Shown piece by piece: positions 27,262 through 37,486 of a stretch of 64,000 nt of DNA. Made by a program: the position numbers and the translations under genes. Source of the DNA: Blastocatellia bacterium. Its GTDB lineage: Bacteria; Acidobacteriota; Blastocatellia; UBA7656. The notes under the pieces were generated by a model. The model was not told where the DNA came from, ran no database searches, and saw nothing but the letters and a program-made list of their open reading frames with translations. Where the stretch lies: contig DATLXU010000091.1 of assembly GCA_035575515.1 (NCBI GenBank), forward strand, positions 1,638-65,637. The letters run 5' to 3'. The first letter of the stretch is position 1. Each line of letters begins with the position of its first letter.

Positions 27262-27630
27262 TCATGCCGCTATCGCGCGGCGAAGAGTTGCGACGGCTGG
27301 ACGGATGCGGTGAAGCGCCTGCCCTATGTTTGCCGATGGTGACAGCTCAAGCAGAAGGAAGTATGCGCCATCAAGCTCCTCGGTGATGAAGCTCGCGCCG
27401 TCGTATTGCAGGATCAAACATTTGATTTCGCCGAGATTCATTCGCCCAGTCAGCGCGCGACTCTGTTGCATCGTAACTGCGATGTAAGCCGCTCTCAGGC
27501 GCAATCGCTCTTCGTCATTGAGCGCGTACCACTGAACGGCTTCGCCGTCGCCTTCCAACACCATAGCGCCCGTTGCGCCCTCTACGCTTGAGACTAACTC
27601 GTTGAGCAAAGCTCTGAACGGCACTCGCAC
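27262..27630 (-). CDS. Roadblock/LC7 (MglB-like) domain protein
   Basis: Size and pattern LLNELVSSVEGATGAMVLEGDGEAV ... ILQYDGASFITEELDGAYFLLLEL. Confidence 0.65.
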   Translation of the reverse strand: MRVPFRALLNELVSSVEGATGAMVLEGDGEAVQWYALNDEERLRLRAAYIAVTMQQSRALTGRMNLGEIKCLILQYDGASFITEELDGAYFLLLELSPSANIGQALHRIRPAVATLRRAIAA

Positions 27631-27792
27631 ACCTGCCTTCCTTCTGATTCAGTTTTCGCCACGCGGATTATAAATCACGCCGATTTGCGCTGCCATAGAT
27701 TATAATGGCGAGCCTGGCAGCCCGCTTTATTTCCAGCCCCGAACGGCGCGGCAAATAATCCGACTTTTCGCCGCGCGCGAGAGTCTATAGTA

Positions 27793-28404
27793 ATGAAGCG
27801 GATGGAGGGACTATCTTCGGATAGGTGGCGCGATAGCGAATTGGAATTGAGCGACACGCAAATCATTGAGCGCACGCTGGGCGGCGAGCCTGACGCATTC
27901 AATATGCTCGTGCGGCGCTGGGAGCGGCAGATTTACGGGCTGACGCTTCGCATGCTTGGGCGCGATGACGAGGCAAAAGACGCGACTCAGGAAACCTTCC
28001 TGTCGGCTTATCGCAACCTGTCGAAGTTTCGAGGCGAGGCGAAATTCTCCTCGTGGATTTATCGCATCGCGCTCAACATCTGCAATACGAAGCTCAGAGG
28101 CCGCGCTAAACAGGTCGTCTCGCTCGATGAGCAGAGAGAAGAAAGCGGATTCGAGATAGCAGCCGACCTTGAAGAGCTAGGCAGCAATATTCAACAGGAG
28201 CAAGTGGCGCGGCACGTGCGGCGCGCATTGCAAGGGCTTCCGGCAGAGATGCGGCAGGTCATCATAATGAAAGAGTACGAAGGGCTGAAATTTTCCGAGA
28301 TTGCCGAGATACTCGGCATACCGCTGTCGACCGTAAAGACGCGAATGTACACGGGGCTGGCGGAGTTAAGAAAACGGCTTGAGCACCTGCGCACGGCAGT
28401 ATGA
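27793..28404 (+). CDS. ECF-type RNA polymerase sigma-70 factor
   Basis: Region 2 is [33 protein letters not shown]. Region 4 is [32 protein letters not shown]. Confidence 0.9.
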   Translation: MKRMEGLSSDRWRDSELELSDTQIIERTLGGEPDAFNMLVRRWERQIYGLTLRMLGRDDEAKDATQETFLSAYRNLSKFRGEAKFSSWIYRIALNICNTKLRGRAKQVVSLDEQREESGFEIAADLEELGSNIQQEQVARHVRRALQGLPAEMRQVIIMKEYEGLKFSEIAEILGIPLSTVKTRMYTGLAELRKRLEHLRTAV

Positions 28405-28528
28405 AGCTATCAGCCGGAGCGCTAAAGTTTGAATTGAACATAGTGTCATAAGAATCAATTGCGATTATTGAATTAAAATGTGGGAACGAGCTGAACGCTG
28501 ATAGCTGACAGCTTATGAGGTAGTAAAA

Positions 28529-29287
28529 ATGACGGACACAAACAAAACCCCAAATTGCAATATGCACGAGGCGCTTGTCTCGTATCTCTACAATGAAGCG
28601 ACGGCGGAAGAGAGCCGCCGCGTTGAATCTCACATCGCTGAGTGCCGCGCGTGCGCTGAAGAGATGGCCGCGTTTGAGCGCGTTCGCGGGATGCTTCAAC
28701 AGTGGCAGCTTGACGATATGCCCATCGTGCGAGTTGTGGCCAGTCCGCCACGCCGCTCGGCGCTCGCTGTGCTGAAAGAATTATTCTCGATAACGCCGCT
28801 GTGGGCGAAAGCTCTTGGCGCTATGGCGATGGCAATGCTCGTGCTTGCGGTGATGGGAACGGAGATAAGCGTGGGCCGGGATGGATTTTCGATGCGCGCA
28901 GACCTGCTGCGCCGCAACCAGCCAGCACAGGCCGTGAGCGCAGGCGATACCAGGATTGCAGACAATGCTATGAGCAGCGTTAATGTTGAGCAGGTGCGCG
29001 CTGATCTGCGAGCCTACGTCAACGATTTGATACTTGCGAGCGAGCGGCAGCAGAAGGAAGAGTTGAATGCGCAGTTAGTGAGCCTCGAATCGCAGCTTCA
29101 AAATATGCACGCGGCTGACCTGGCGAAGCTGGCCACGCGGATTCAAGAGCATCAAGCGCGGCTTAAGACGATTGAGCGCGACATTGACCGCCGCGAAGGA
29201 AGCGACCTGACGGATATACTTTTCAGCGATGTGTTGAGCAAACCGGATGCTCGCTCGAACGTGCTGGCTGAAAAAGGGAGCGATTAA
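28529..29287 (+). CDS. Anti-sigma factor (zf-HC2 type) with one TM
   Basis: The HIAECRACAEEM (HxxxCxxC) motif, a central TM WAKALGAMAMAMLVLAVMG, and a position downstream of the ECF sigma gene. Confidence 0.75.
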   Translation: MTDTNKTPNCNMHEALVSYLYNEATAEESRRVESHIAECRACAEEMAAFERVRGMLQQWQLDDMPIVRVVASPPRRSALAVLKELFSITPLWAKALGAMAMAMLVLAVMGTEISVGRDGFSMRADLLRRNQPAQAVSAGDTRIADNAMSSVNVEQVRADLRAYVNDLILASERQQKEELNAQLVSLESQLQNMHAADLAKLATRIQEHQARLKTIERDIDRREGSDLTDILFSDVLSKPDARSNVLAEKGSD

Positions 29288-29564
29288 TTTCGAGTTTTTG
29301 CGGGATACCACAGCGTCCGCTGGCCAGCGACAAGACAACGCCCCGCGCGAGTTGGGGAGAGCTCGCGCGGGGCTGCGCGGAAAAGGGGAGAGTTCACGCG
29401 CATTGATCCTAGTCGCTCGCCACAGACGCTGTGGTTGTTTTTTAGCTGTTAGCTTTAAGCAATCAACGATCAGCCGGAGGAGTTGTCGTCAATTACGATT
29501 CGGCGCTTTTGCCTCAATCTGAATCTGTGGTGAATCCCTCAAATCTGCAAACCGATTTGAAATC

Positions 29565-30077
29565 TTATTTGAGCAAGTCCGGGTTCTTCGGGCGCATCGC
29601 CGTTCCTATTAAATCAATAATGGCGCGCTCAACTGCGCTGGCGATTTCTTCAGTTGCCTGCTGCTCGTAAATTGGAAACAGTTGCCGCTCTTCCTTTCTG
29701 ATGTGCGATTCAAGCAGGTCAGCAAACACGGAAAGCAACGAAGGAAGCTCATCTTGTTTCGCGTCGCGCAACGTCTCAACAACCAATCTCATCTTGTCGT
29801 GCTCAAAGAGCAATTCGCTGATAAGCCCGCTTGCGCCTGCGAAGGTTTGCATCGAAGGGAAGAGTATTTCCTCTTCTGCCTTGAAGTGCGGCAGCAGGTC
29901 GCTTTCAAAAAACTGAATCGCCTGCTCGCGCTTGCGCTCAAGCCATAGACGGTCGTCTCTGTGGATGGGCAGGCCGCGATGAATGCGCAGGCAGACCATC
30001 AGGCCATAATGATGCTCGCGCGAAAGTGGAACGAGGCTGTCGTGCCGTCGCGATGATTTCATAACCTTATCGTTCAC
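29565..30077 (-). CDS. Hemerythrin HHE cation-binding domain protein
   Basis: LSREHHYG..., HFKAEEEILFP, FEHDKM and HIRKEERQLFP His/Glu motifs. Confidence 0.8.
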   Translation of the reverse strand: MNDKVMKSSRRHDSLVPLSREHHYGLMVCLRIHRGLPIHRDDRLWLERKREQAIQFFESDLLPHFKAEEEILFPSMQTFAGASGLISELLFEHDKMRLVVETLRDAKQDELPSLLSVFADLLESHIRKEERQLFPIYEQQATEEIASAVERAIIDLIGTAMRPKNPDLLK

Positions 30078-30162
30078 GAAGGGCGCGAGGGTAACGAAAC
30101 ATCAAACGAAGAGTGCATGGTCGGATCAAGCATCCTCTGGTTTTCGCGCCCTCCGTGAATCT

Positions 30163-31362
30163 TCAAATCTGAGATTGCGCCAGCTTTCTTGAGGGTGAGA
30201 TGCCAAGTCTCCAAATCACAAGCAAACAGATCAAAGCGAACAGCGATAGAAAAACAAAGCCGAGCGTGAACGCGCCCGTCACCTGCTTCACTCCGCCTAC
30301 CACAAGCGGTGGAAAAAATCCGCCAAGCCCGCCCGCTGCTCCGACAAGCCCCGTCACCGCGCCGACCGATTGCGGAAAGTGCTCAGGAACTAACTTGAAG
30401 ACCGCGCCGTTGCCTAATCCGATGGCGGCAGCCATTCCGAGCGCGCCAATCGTGAACGTAGACATCAAAGGGCAAGCAAGAAAAATCGCCATCGCAGCGA
30501 CGGCAGGAAAGACCCATAACAGAATTGCCCGCCCGCCTACTTTGTCAGCGAGCGCGCCGCCTACGGGCCGCATCAAGGTCGCAAGCACAACAAAGCCCGC
30601 CGTGCGAAAGCCTGCGTCCTTCGCCGTGAGGTTGAACATCTCTGTCAAAAAGGTCGGCAGGTAGATGCTCATCGCAACGAACCCGCCGAACGTTAAAAAA
30701 TAATAAAGCGAAAGCACCCAGCTCATCTTGTGCTTCAGCGGGCGCGCAATGTCCGCCAGTGTCTTGGCGGGGCCGCGTCGCGGAGCGTTGCGCGCTTTGA
30801 GAAAGAAGACTGCAAGCCACACGGCGAGCAACACCGCAAATGTCCAGAAGCCCCACTCGAATCCAAACGCAGCGGCAATCACGGGCGAGCCATACGCTGC
30901 GAGCGACTGTCCAATATTTCCCGCGCCGTAAACCCCGAGCGCCATGCCCTGACGCGCTGGCGGGAACCATCCGCTCACGAATGCGACGCCAACCGAAAAA
31001 CTTGCGAGCGCGATGCCGATGAAGAATCCGCACACGAGCAGTTGCCAGTACGCGCTAACAAATCCCATCAGCACAGCAGGGATGATTGCGAAAGCCATCA
31101 CGATTGAAAAGACCACGCGCCCGCCATAGCGGTCTGTGAGTATGCCAAGCGGGATACGGCCAAGGCTGCCGAGCAGAACGGGCAGCGCGAGCGCTATGCT
31201 CACTTGAAGCGGGCTGAGCTGGAAATTTTTTTTCAGTATCGGCATCATCGCTGAAACTGATCCGAAGACCGCGAAGCAAATCGCGAAGGCTCCGGTCGCG
31301 AGCGCCAACTGAAGATTATTGCCTCGAATCGAAGATTGCGCCGAAGGATTGTCCATAATCAC
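30163..31362 (-). CDS. narK: MFS nitrate/nitrite porter (NNP family, NarK/NasA-like)
   Basis: 12-TM MFS with [10 protein letters not shown] and the two NNP signatures YGAGNIGQS and [15 protein letters not shown]. Confidence 0.85.
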   Translation of the reverse strand: MIMDNPSAQSSIRGNNLQLALATGAFAICFAVFGSVSAMMPILKKNFQLSPLQVSIALALPVLLGSLGRIPLGILTDRYGGRVVFSIVMAFAIIPAVLMGFVSAYWQLLVCGFFIGIALASFSVGVAFVSGWFPPARQGMALGVYGAGNIGQSLAAYGSPVIAAAFGFEWGFWTFAVLLAVWLAVFFLKARNAPRRGPAKTLADIARPLKHKMSWVLSLYYFLTFGGFVAMSIYLPTFLTEMFNLTAKDAGFRTAGFVVLATLMRPVGGALADKVGGRAILLWVFPAVAAMAIFLACPLMSTFTIGALGMAAAIGLGNGAVFKLVPEHFPQSVGAVTGLVGAAGGLGGFFPPLVVGGVKQVTGAFTLGFVFLSLFALICLLVIWRLGISPSRKLAQSQI

Positions 31363-31580
31363 TTCTCCATCGCGTAAAGGTATCTGAGCAGTCCCGCGTT
31401 GAGTAAAAAACAGACGAGGCTTGCAATCGCCGCAGGCCAGATGACCGATTCGTCGCCGCCCAAGTAAGCGTTCATCGTAGCCACGAGCAGCCAGAGTTGC
31501 AAAATGACAAGCACGACGACTATGCAGAGTATGCCATAGATTATCGTTGTCTTTTGCTCGCGTGTGAATCGTTTCTTCAT
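31359..31580 (-). CDS. Small two-TM membrane protein of unknown function
   Basis: A 73-aa ORF with 4-bp overlaps to both neighbours (31577-31580 and 31359-31362). Confidence 0.5.
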   Translation of the reverse strand: MKKRFTREQKTTIIYGILCIVVVLVILQLWLLVATMNAYLGGDESVIWPAAIASLVCFLLNAGLLRYLYAMEK

Positions 31581-32134
31581 ACCGTTCTTAACTCAACGCC
31601 AGTCGCATAAATCGCCCGCGAGTCTTTGTTGATTTCGAGCTTCACCTGCGCGAGCGGCCTTCGCGGAGGCCCTGCAATCGGGCGGCCAGTTGCAATATCA
31701 AATAATCCTTCGTGGCACGGGCAGCGAAAGCACTTGCTTTCAGGATCGGGCACGACGGCGCACGAAAGATGCGTGCACTGCTGGCTGAAAGCCGTGAAGG
31801 TGTTTTCATCCAGTCGCACAAGCACGCATTTGTCGTGAGCTTCGGGATAAGCAAACGTCTTCGAGCCGCCGACTTCGATCTCGTCAATGCGAGCGATGAG
31901 TTGTTTCGCAGGCTCGCCGCGCCGCTTGCGAAAGAAGTTCTGAACTCCAATCCAGAACTGCCCGACGGCGAACGCGAGACTCGTCAGCACAAGAAACTTT
32001 GTGAAGTCGCGCCGCGCGACGTAATGGTCTTCGGGCCAGTCAATCGGAAAATCTTTGCGCCAGCGGGGCTGCTCCGACACGGGGCGACCATCGGGCGCGA
32101 GGCTCAGTTGTTCTTTGTCGCGTTCATTCATCAA
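31577..32134 (-). CDS. Membrane-anchored Rieske [2Fe-2S] protein
   Basis: CTHLSCAV ... CPCHEGLF Rieske boxes. They are preceded by [19 protein letters not shown], a twin-arginine-like signal-anchor as in bc-type Rieske subunits. Confidence 0.85.
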   Translation of the reverse strand: MMNERDKEQLSLAPDGRPVSEQPRWRKDFPIDWPEDHYVARRDFTKFLVLTSLAFAVGQFWIGVQNFFRKRRGEPAKQLIARIDEIEVGGSKTFAYPEAHDKCVLVRLDENTFTAFSQQCTHLSCAVVPDPESKCFRCPCHEGLFDIATGRPIAGPPRRPLAQVKLEINKDSRAIYATGVELRTV

Positions 32135-32778
32135 TCCGCTTCTCCCGCATAAACTGCATCCATCAAAACCGTAAGCGTCAGGTCCTTGCCTATCGCCTGC
32201 TCGCTCATCGCCGCAGTCACGTCAATGTATTCTGTGCGTCCCACGCGCGGCACCATCATATTCACTTTCGTTGTAATAGTCTGCTCTCCGAATTGAAAGC
32301 GATTCACAGGCACAGCGCGCGGGCGAAGGGCTTCAATCTCTTCGCGCGTGCCGAATGCGAGCGCCTGACTTGGGCAAACGGTCGCGCACATCGGTTTCTT
32401 GCCGACTGATGTGCGGTCGTAGCACATATCGCACTTCATCATCAGCTTGAGTTCGGTCGCCATCTTCGGCACGCCGAACGGGCAGGCCAGCACGCAGTTG
32501 TTGCAGGCGATACAGCGCGGCTTGCGCGCCGACTGCACAACTCCATCATCGGTCTTCTTAATCGCATCAGCCGGACAGACTTCAGCGCACGTCGGCGAGT
32601 CGCAATGCATGCAGACGACGGGCGCGGTCTGAACCGAGTGCGCGCGGTCAACATATTCGAGGTGAATCATCGAATAGCCTTTGTGCGTGTCGCACTCGCT
32701 GCAAGCCTGCACGCACGCCTGGCATCCGATGCACCGCGTCGCGTCTATGAAGAACTCCATGTTCGCTGGAACTGACAT
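32131..32778 (-). CDS. 4Fe-4S ferredoxin-type subunit (NrfC/HybA/DmsB-like multi-cluster protein)
   Basis: [37 protein letters not shown] and CDMC...CATVCP cluster motifs. No signal peptide. Confidence 0.9.
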   Translation of the reverse strand: MSVPANMEFFIDATRCIGCQACVQACSECDTHKGYSMIHLEYVDRAHSVQTAPVVCMHCDSPTCAEVCPADAIKKTDDGVVQSARKPRCIACNNCVLACPFGVPKMATELKLMMKCDMCYDRTSVGKKPMCATVCPSQALAFGTREEIEALRPRAVPVNRFQFGEQTITTKVNMMVPRVGRTEYIDVTAAMSEQAIGKDLTLTVLMDAVYAGEAD

Positions 32779-32786
32779 ACTTTTTT

Positions 32787-32873
32787 AGCAGGCAGTAGGC
32801 AGTTATATGGACGCATTGAATATGCGAACTGTTTATTCAATGCGCAGAATCTATCTTTTGACTGCCTACTGCT
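32787..32873. repeat. Nested hairpin built on GTAGGCA heptamers, between the molybdoenzyme and Fe-S genes
   Basis: The outer stem is GCAGTAGGCAGT (32792-32803) / ACTGCCTACTGC (32861-32872). The inner perfect stem is GCATTGAATA (32813-32822) / TATTCAATGC (32834-32843). The right half overlaps the last codons of the molybdoenzyme ORF. Confidence 0.65.
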
Positions 32874-35071
32874 TTCTTCACCCGTACCGCGCAGACTTTG
32901 TATTCGGGTATCTTCGAGATTGGGTCCTGCGCGGAGATGGTCAACTGGTTGGCGCTTTGTCGGCCAGCCCAGTGATAAGGAATAAAGATCGTATCGGGGC
33001 GAATCGTTGTAACGACCTGCGCCCGCAGCGTCACGCTCCCGCGACGCGATTCGACCGTCACTAGCTCGCCGTCGCGAATGGCGTATCGCTCAGCCAATAT
33101 CGGATGCATCTCGATTCGCGGCTCAGGGTACTGATCAACGAGCGGCCCGATGCGTCTCGTCTGCGTGCCCGAAAGATACTGGCTGACGACGCGGCCCGTC
33201 GTGAGAATTATCGGGTACTCTTCATCCGTGTCTTCTGCGGGCGGCGTGTACTCGGCGACGTTGAATCGAGCGCGGCCATCGGGAAAATAGAACGGCCCCG
33301 CGCCTTTCGCTATCGGGTTCCACGAGCCTGCTTCAAACAGTCTCGGCGTGCCTGCGTGATCGTCGCTCGGACACGGCCAGAAGACTCCGTTCTGCCTATC
33401 AATCTTTTCATAAGTGACGCCGGAATAATCCACGACCGCGCCGCGCGTAGCTTCGCGCAGCTCGTTGAAAATCTCTCGCGGCTCGTTGAACGTGAACCCA
33501 CGCTCGCGCCCGAGCGCGCGGGCGATGTCTTGAATGATTCGCCAGTCCTGACGCGCATCGCCCGGCGGGTCAACCGCTTTGTTAATTTTGATGACGCGCC
33601 CTTCAATCTGCGTGACCGTGCCTTCGTCCTCTTCCTGAAGCGAGCCGGGCAGAACTATGTCGGCGTGATGCGCCGTTTCGCTCAGAAAGAAATCAATCGC
33701 GACGTAGAACTCTAACTTCTCAAGCACACGCGTGACGAAAGCGTTGTCGGGCAGCGAGACTTTCGGGTTGAAACAGATTGAAAGCAGCCCCCTTATTTCG
33801 CCTCTATCAATGCGGCGCATCATCTCGTAGCAATCAACACCCGCGCCGGGCAGGTCGTCCGCGTTGACGCCCCACACTTTTGCGACCGCAGCGCGATGCT
33901 CAGGGTTTGTGATGTCGCGCCCGCCCGGAAGCTGATCGCATTTCTGCCCGTGCTCGCGCCCGCCCTGCCCGTTGGCCTGCCCCGTGATCGTAGCGTAGCC
34001 GCAGCCCTCGCGCCCGATGCGTCCAGACGCAAGCACTATGTTGATTGCTGAGAGCACGTTCTGCACGCCGTGCGAGTGATGCTCAAGCCCGCGCGCGTGC
34101 AAAAGAAAACTTGTTCGCGCCGTGCCCCAAAGCTCGGCGGCCTGACGAATCGCTTTTTCAGTTATGCCCGTGACCTGCGCCGTGCGCGACGGAGTCCACT
34201 GTTTGACGTGCTCGGCTACGGCATCGAATCCAACTGTGTGCTTTTCAATAAAGTCGTGATCGAGCCAGTCGTTTTCGATCATCAAATGAAGTATGCCGTT
34301 GAACAGAGCGACATCGCGGCCCGGCTTGACGGGCAGGAACAAATCGCACGTTCGCGCGATGGGCGTGATGCGCGGGTCAACGACGATTATCTTCGCGCCG
34401 TACTCGCGGGCCTGCCAGACATAGTTTGTCGTTATCGGCGAACACTCCGCGACGTTCGATCCGGCTATCCAGATGACTTCGGCCTTTGGAATATCGCTCC
34501 ATGGATTTGCGGCGCGGTCAACGCCGAACGCTTTTTTGTTTCCCGCCGCCGCGCTCACCATGCAGAGCCTGCCGTTGTAATCAATGTTCGATGTGCGCAG
34601 GCAAACGCGCGCGAACTTGCCCATCAGGTATGCCTTCTCGGTTGTGAGGCTTGCGCCGGTCAGCACGCCGAACGCATCCGCGCCATATTGTGATTGAATG
34701 CGCTCGATCTCTGCGGCTACGCGCTTGATGGCTTCTTCATAATTAACAGCGCGAAAGCCGCCCGCGATTGATGTGTCGCGCTCAAGCGCAGTCGTCAACC
34801 TATCGGGATGCGAGCCTTGCAGGTAACGCTTCACGCCTTTGGGGCAGAGCATCCCGCGATTGAACGGAAAGTCTTCGCGCGGCTCGAACCCGATTACCTC
34901 GTTGTCTTTGACCTTGAGATTGATGCCGCACTGCTGGCCGCAGAAGCAGCAATGCGTCGGCACTATGCGATCAGGCTCGATGCCCGTTTCAAGCCGCGCG
35001 CCGCTTGAATAAGCCAGGTGCGGGCCGAATCGTTCGATTATGTCTTGCGCTTCGTCCGGTATTGCTGCCAT
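32837..35071 (-). CDS. Molybdopterin (bis-MGD) oxidoreductase, NarB/NasA-type nitrate reductase catalytic subunit
   Basis: The N-terminal Fe-S motif is [13 protein letters not shown]...MLCPKG. The [18 protein letters not shown] block carries a Cys Mo-ligand, as in assimilatory/Nap-type nitrate reductases. There is no twin-arginine signal, and the gene is co-operonic with the NarK-type porter. Confidence 0.85.
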   Translation of the reverse strand: MAAIPDEAQDIIERFGPHLAYSSGARLETGIEPDRIVPTHCCFCGQQCGINLKVKDNEVIGFEPREDFPFNRGMLCPKGVKRYLQGSHPDRLTTALERDTSIAGGFRAVNYEEAIKRVAAEIERIQSQYGADAFGVLTGASLTTEKAYLMGKFARVCLRTSNIDYNGRLCMVSAAAGNKKAFGVDRAANPWSDIPKAEVIWIAGSNVAECSPITTNYVWQAREYGAKIIVVDPRITPIARTCDLFLPVKPGRDVALFNGILHLMIENDWLDHDFIEKHTVGFDAVAEHVKQWTPSRTAQVTGITEKAIRQAAELWGTARTSFLLHARGLEHHSHGVQNVLSAINIVLASGRIGREGCGYATITGQANGQGGREHGQKCDQLPGGRDITNPEHRAAVAKVWGVNADDLPGAGVDCYEMMRRIDRGEIRGLLSICFNPKVSLPDNAFVTRVLEKLEFYVAIDFFLSETAHHADIVLPGSLQEEDEGTVTQIEGRVIKINKAVDPPGDARQDWRIIQDIARALGRERGFTFNEPREIFNELREATRGAVVDYSGVTYEKIDRQNGVFWPCPSDDHAGTPRLFEAGSWNPIAKGAGPFYFPDGRARFNVAEYTPPAEDTDEEYPIILTTGRVVSQYLSGTQTRRIGPLVDQYPEPRIEMHPILAERYAIRDGELVTVESRRGSVTLRAQVVTTIRPDTIFIPYHWAGRQSANQLTISAQDPISKIPEYKVCAVRVKKAVGSQKIDSAH
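34907..34978. repeat. Left copy of a perfect 72-bp inverted repeat (codons 32-55 of the nitrate reductase gene)
   Basis: The reverse complement of 34907-34978 is identical (72/72, aligned by hand) to 36522-36593. It encodes [24 protein letters not shown]. Confidence 0.9.
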
Positions 35072-35090
35072 TGAAATAAATCCTCATGCT

Positions 35091-36236
35091 TCACGGATGA
35101 AAATTCTTTCGGTCTTCTTCGCCGAGTGGGCCGAAGCCTTGCTGCGGATTGCCGAAGCTCGGTTGCGGCAAAGTCACAGCATCGGTCTGAATCAACTCGC
35201 CGCGTCGCGGAAGCCACGCGCGGCCTTGAGCAATCACAAGCATCGCTCGTCGGCAGCGCGGGCATATCCATTGATAATGTTCTGCCGATCCTTTAATCTC
35301 GTAGCTGTAGCCCAGTTGCTTTTCAACGCGAATCAAATCCTCAACTTTCAAGCGCGACGTGAACTCCGCGCCGCAGCGACGGCACGCGGCTCGTTCTTCC
35401 CGCTCGCCGATGTCTTTATAGAAGCTCACGCCAAGTTGCGCGGGCCGCTGAAAGATGTGAAAGAACTTTCCGAACGGCAGCCACAGGAGCGTAAAGATGA
35501 CCGTTATCGCATGAAGTATCGCGAGAAAATCGAACGCATAACCTTTAAGCCACGAATAACTCGCCGTCAGCATCAATCCCGTGACGCTCACGGCGAACAG
35601 AAGAATCAGCGGGAAGAAATCTTCGCCGAACTGTTGGAGCGCAGCGGCTCCGTGATCGCGCATTCTTCGGCGCATCGCAAGCATCACGCCCGCGATTACA
35701 AGAAATGACGCCCACACAAGTCCATGAAAAACTATGAAGCCGAAGAGCGAATGAATCGGAAAGGAGAACGTCGGAAAGCCGAACAGATAAGCGCGATACC
35801 AGTTCAGATCGTCGGGCAACGTCTCGAAGTGAATCCAGCCGAAGACGAGCGGGAACGTGATTGCAATCGCGATGATGCAGCCCCACATAATCAAAAAGTG
35901 CGCGCCGCCGCGCAACAGGCTGCGCCTGAAGATGAAAAGGTTCAGCGCGAACTCTCTCGTCAAACGCGCAAACCATACGCGCATGTTGTGAGCGAGATAT
36001 CGAGGCTTGAAAAAGACCTGCCAGCCGCGCTTCCAGTACAAGGCAGTCGGAGGGCGTTGCAACCACATCGCATAGCGATAAGTGATGGCGAAGGCCGCAA
36101 ACAAAACTGCGAACGTGTAGCCCACGAGCGCAGCATCGAAGTGCGACAGGTTGCGCGAGCCGACCCAAATCATCGCCGCGAGCGCGACGGTGACAATCAA
36201 GCCCCAGAAAGCCGCTTTGCGTGTTTCCCTGTTCAT
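35091..36236 (-). CDS. NarI/DsrM/HdrE-like polytopic membrane protein with C-terminal CxxC...CxxC zinc-ribbon/rubredoxin-like tail
   Basis: Multiple TM helices with conserved His candidates, and [14 protein letters not shown] resembling the NarI-family C-terminal motif. The tail is CRRCGAEF...CPRCRR. The gene ends 19 bp before the molybdoenzyme start. Confidence 0.7.
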   Translation of the reverse strand: MNRETRKAAFWGLIVTVALAAMIWVGSRNLSHFDAALVGYTFAVLFAAFAITYRYAMWLQRPPTALYWKRGWQVFFKPRYLAHNMRVWFARLTREFALNLFIFRRSLLRGGAHFLIMWGCIIAIAITFPLVFGWIHFETLPDDLNWYRAYLFGFPTFSFPIHSLFGFIVFHGLVWASFLVIAGVMLAMRRRMRDHGAAALQQFGEDFFPLILLFAVSVTGLMLTASYSWLKGYAFDFLAILHAITVIFTLLWLPFGKFFHIFQRPAQLGVSFYKDIGEREERAACRRCGAEFTSRLKVEDLIRVEKQLGYSYEIKGSAEHYQWICPRCRRAMLVIAQGRAWLPRRGELIQTDAVTLPQPSFGNPQQGFGPLGEEDRKNFHP

Positions 36237-36521
36237 TCCGCGTATCGTGAATGTCGCTCTGAACGGTCAGGCTCGCTCTCTCAATCGAGCCGACGCGCGA
36301 GGACAGACCGCCTCTAATACCCGCACTTGATAAAGGCAATCATCGTTCCATCGTCGCAAGTGTTGATGGCGCGTCGCAGCGCGCGAAAACTCTCGCAACT
36401 TGTTGTCACAGCAGCGAACTTTTTCGCCCATCAATGTGATAATCGTGCGATTTTTCGCAGTCAATGATGCGGCTCGCGGTTGGGCAATTGCAAGTTGACA
36501 ACGGCTGTGTGATTGTGCGCA

Positions 36522-36593
36522 GAGCCTGATCGCATAGTGCCGACGCATTGCTGCTTCTGCGGCCAGCAGTGCGGCATCAATCTCAAGGTCAAA
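36522..36593. repeat. Right copy of the perfect 72-bp inverted repeat (non-coding context)
   Basis: Identical to the reverse complement of 34907-34978, with identity ending abruptly on both sides. The ORF-track entry 36513-36698 ([27 protein letters not shown]..) is this copy read in frame from a TTG. Confidence 0.9.
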
Positions 36594-36626
36594 ATAGGAT
36601 TACAGCGTGAAGGCTTTGAGACTATT

Positions 36627-36691
36627 AACCGCAGAGACGCCGCAGAACAGAGAGGGCGCGCAGAGATTCGCAAAACCTCTCCGCTGCGGTT
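36627..36691. repeat. REP-like element (CGCAGAGAC family), probable terminator of the hemerythrin gene
   Basis: AACCGCAGAGACGCCGCAGAACAGAGAGG ... CCTCTCCGCTGCGGTT. The outer stem is AACCGCAG/CTGCGGTT. It lies directly 3' of the stop at 36708. Confidence 0.6.
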
Positions 36692-36707
36692 GTTCTGATG
36701 AGGCGGC

Positions 36708-37277
36708 TTAAAGCGTGCGACGGCTCGGATCAACTCCGCGACGCGCGGCCATCTCGTGGCCCATGGCTTCAAGTTCAGGTTGAGAAAGAATCTTTCCCGC
36801 GAGCGGAAAGATTTCATTGTCTTCAATGGCGATGTGGCGGCGATAAATCTCCGCAAGGTCTTCGAGCATCCCTTCGAGCCGGTGCGCTTCGCCTTCCGAA
36901 AGCTGGCCTTCATCAAGCCAGCGGCGCGCGAGCGCATCAACCTCTTTGTGAGTTTCATCGGCGATGGTGTGATCGCGGTGCAACGCATTGAGCACGGCCA
37001 CAGCAGATTGAGCCAGCACGTCGCCCGACGCACGCATTCGTGGAAAGAGCGATTCTTCTTCATCGAGCGTGTGCTTCGGCGCGGCCTGCTTGAAATACCT
37101 GAGCGCAGCTTCGAGGGCTTCGCGCTCGTCGCTATGCAACTTGCGGCCACGCGCGCGGCGAGCAACGGTCACAAGCAGGCTTAGAAAATATTCGATGCGG
37201 CGGTGGCAATCGTTGAGCAATCCCAGAGGATTCGTGAAATCGCTCTCCGCTTTTTTGCCAATCGTGACAGCCATCAA
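36708..37277 (-). CDS. Hemerythrin domain protein
   Basis: NDCHRRIEYFL, HTLDEEESLFP, LHRDHTIADETH and HIAIEDNEIFP motifs. Confidence 0.8.
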   Translation of the reverse strand: MMAVTIGKKAESDFTNPLGLLNDCHRRIEYFLSLLVTVARRARGRKLHSDEREALEAALRYFKQAAPKHTLDEEESLFPRMRASGDVLAQSAVAVLNALHRDHTIADETHKEVDALARRWLDEGQLSEGEAHRLEGMLEDLAEIYRRHIAIEDNEIFPLAGKILSQPELEAMGHEMAARRGVDPSRRTL

Positions 37278-37486
37278 ATCTATCCTAACTCTAAGAGTGT
37301 GATTTTAGAAAAGCCTTTTGCCGCAAAGCGATTTATAAAAGGTGGCCAGACGTGTAACGTCTGGAATGCGGCGACAGAACATCCGCGCTCTGAAGGAGCG
37401 CCAGAAAAACTTTATTTGCGCTTAATCCAGATGTTTCACATTTGGCTACCTTCTTTGTGCGCCTTTGGCGCTGTCGGAGACTCTGG

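Noticed and set aside
27741-27764. Possible autoregulated ECF promoter GAAC-N16-CGAC upstream of the sigma gene.
   Set aside because: The match consists of two tetramers only, and the ECF group consensus is unknown for this organism. That is too weak to annotate.
34400-34600. Possibility that the molybdoenzyme is a selenocysteine formate dehydrogenase.
   Set aside because: There is no in-frame TGA. The ligand block reads [11 protein letters not shown] (Cys), and the operon contains an NNP nitrate/nitrite porter. A nitrate reductase is more likely.
36237-36521. FNR/NsrR-type operator upstream of the narI-like operon (e.g. TTGATAAAGGCAATCAT, ATCAATGTGATAAT).
   Set aside because: Only single half-sites with wrong spacing are present, and there is no convincing palindrome.
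36513-36698. ORF-track entry [31 protein letters not shown]..., which looks like a small Fe-S protein.
   Set aside because: It is the right copy of the 72-bp inverted repeat read in frame. Similarity to the reductase ends exactly at the repeat border, and the remainder runs through a REP-like hairpin. It is treated as a repeat, not a gene.
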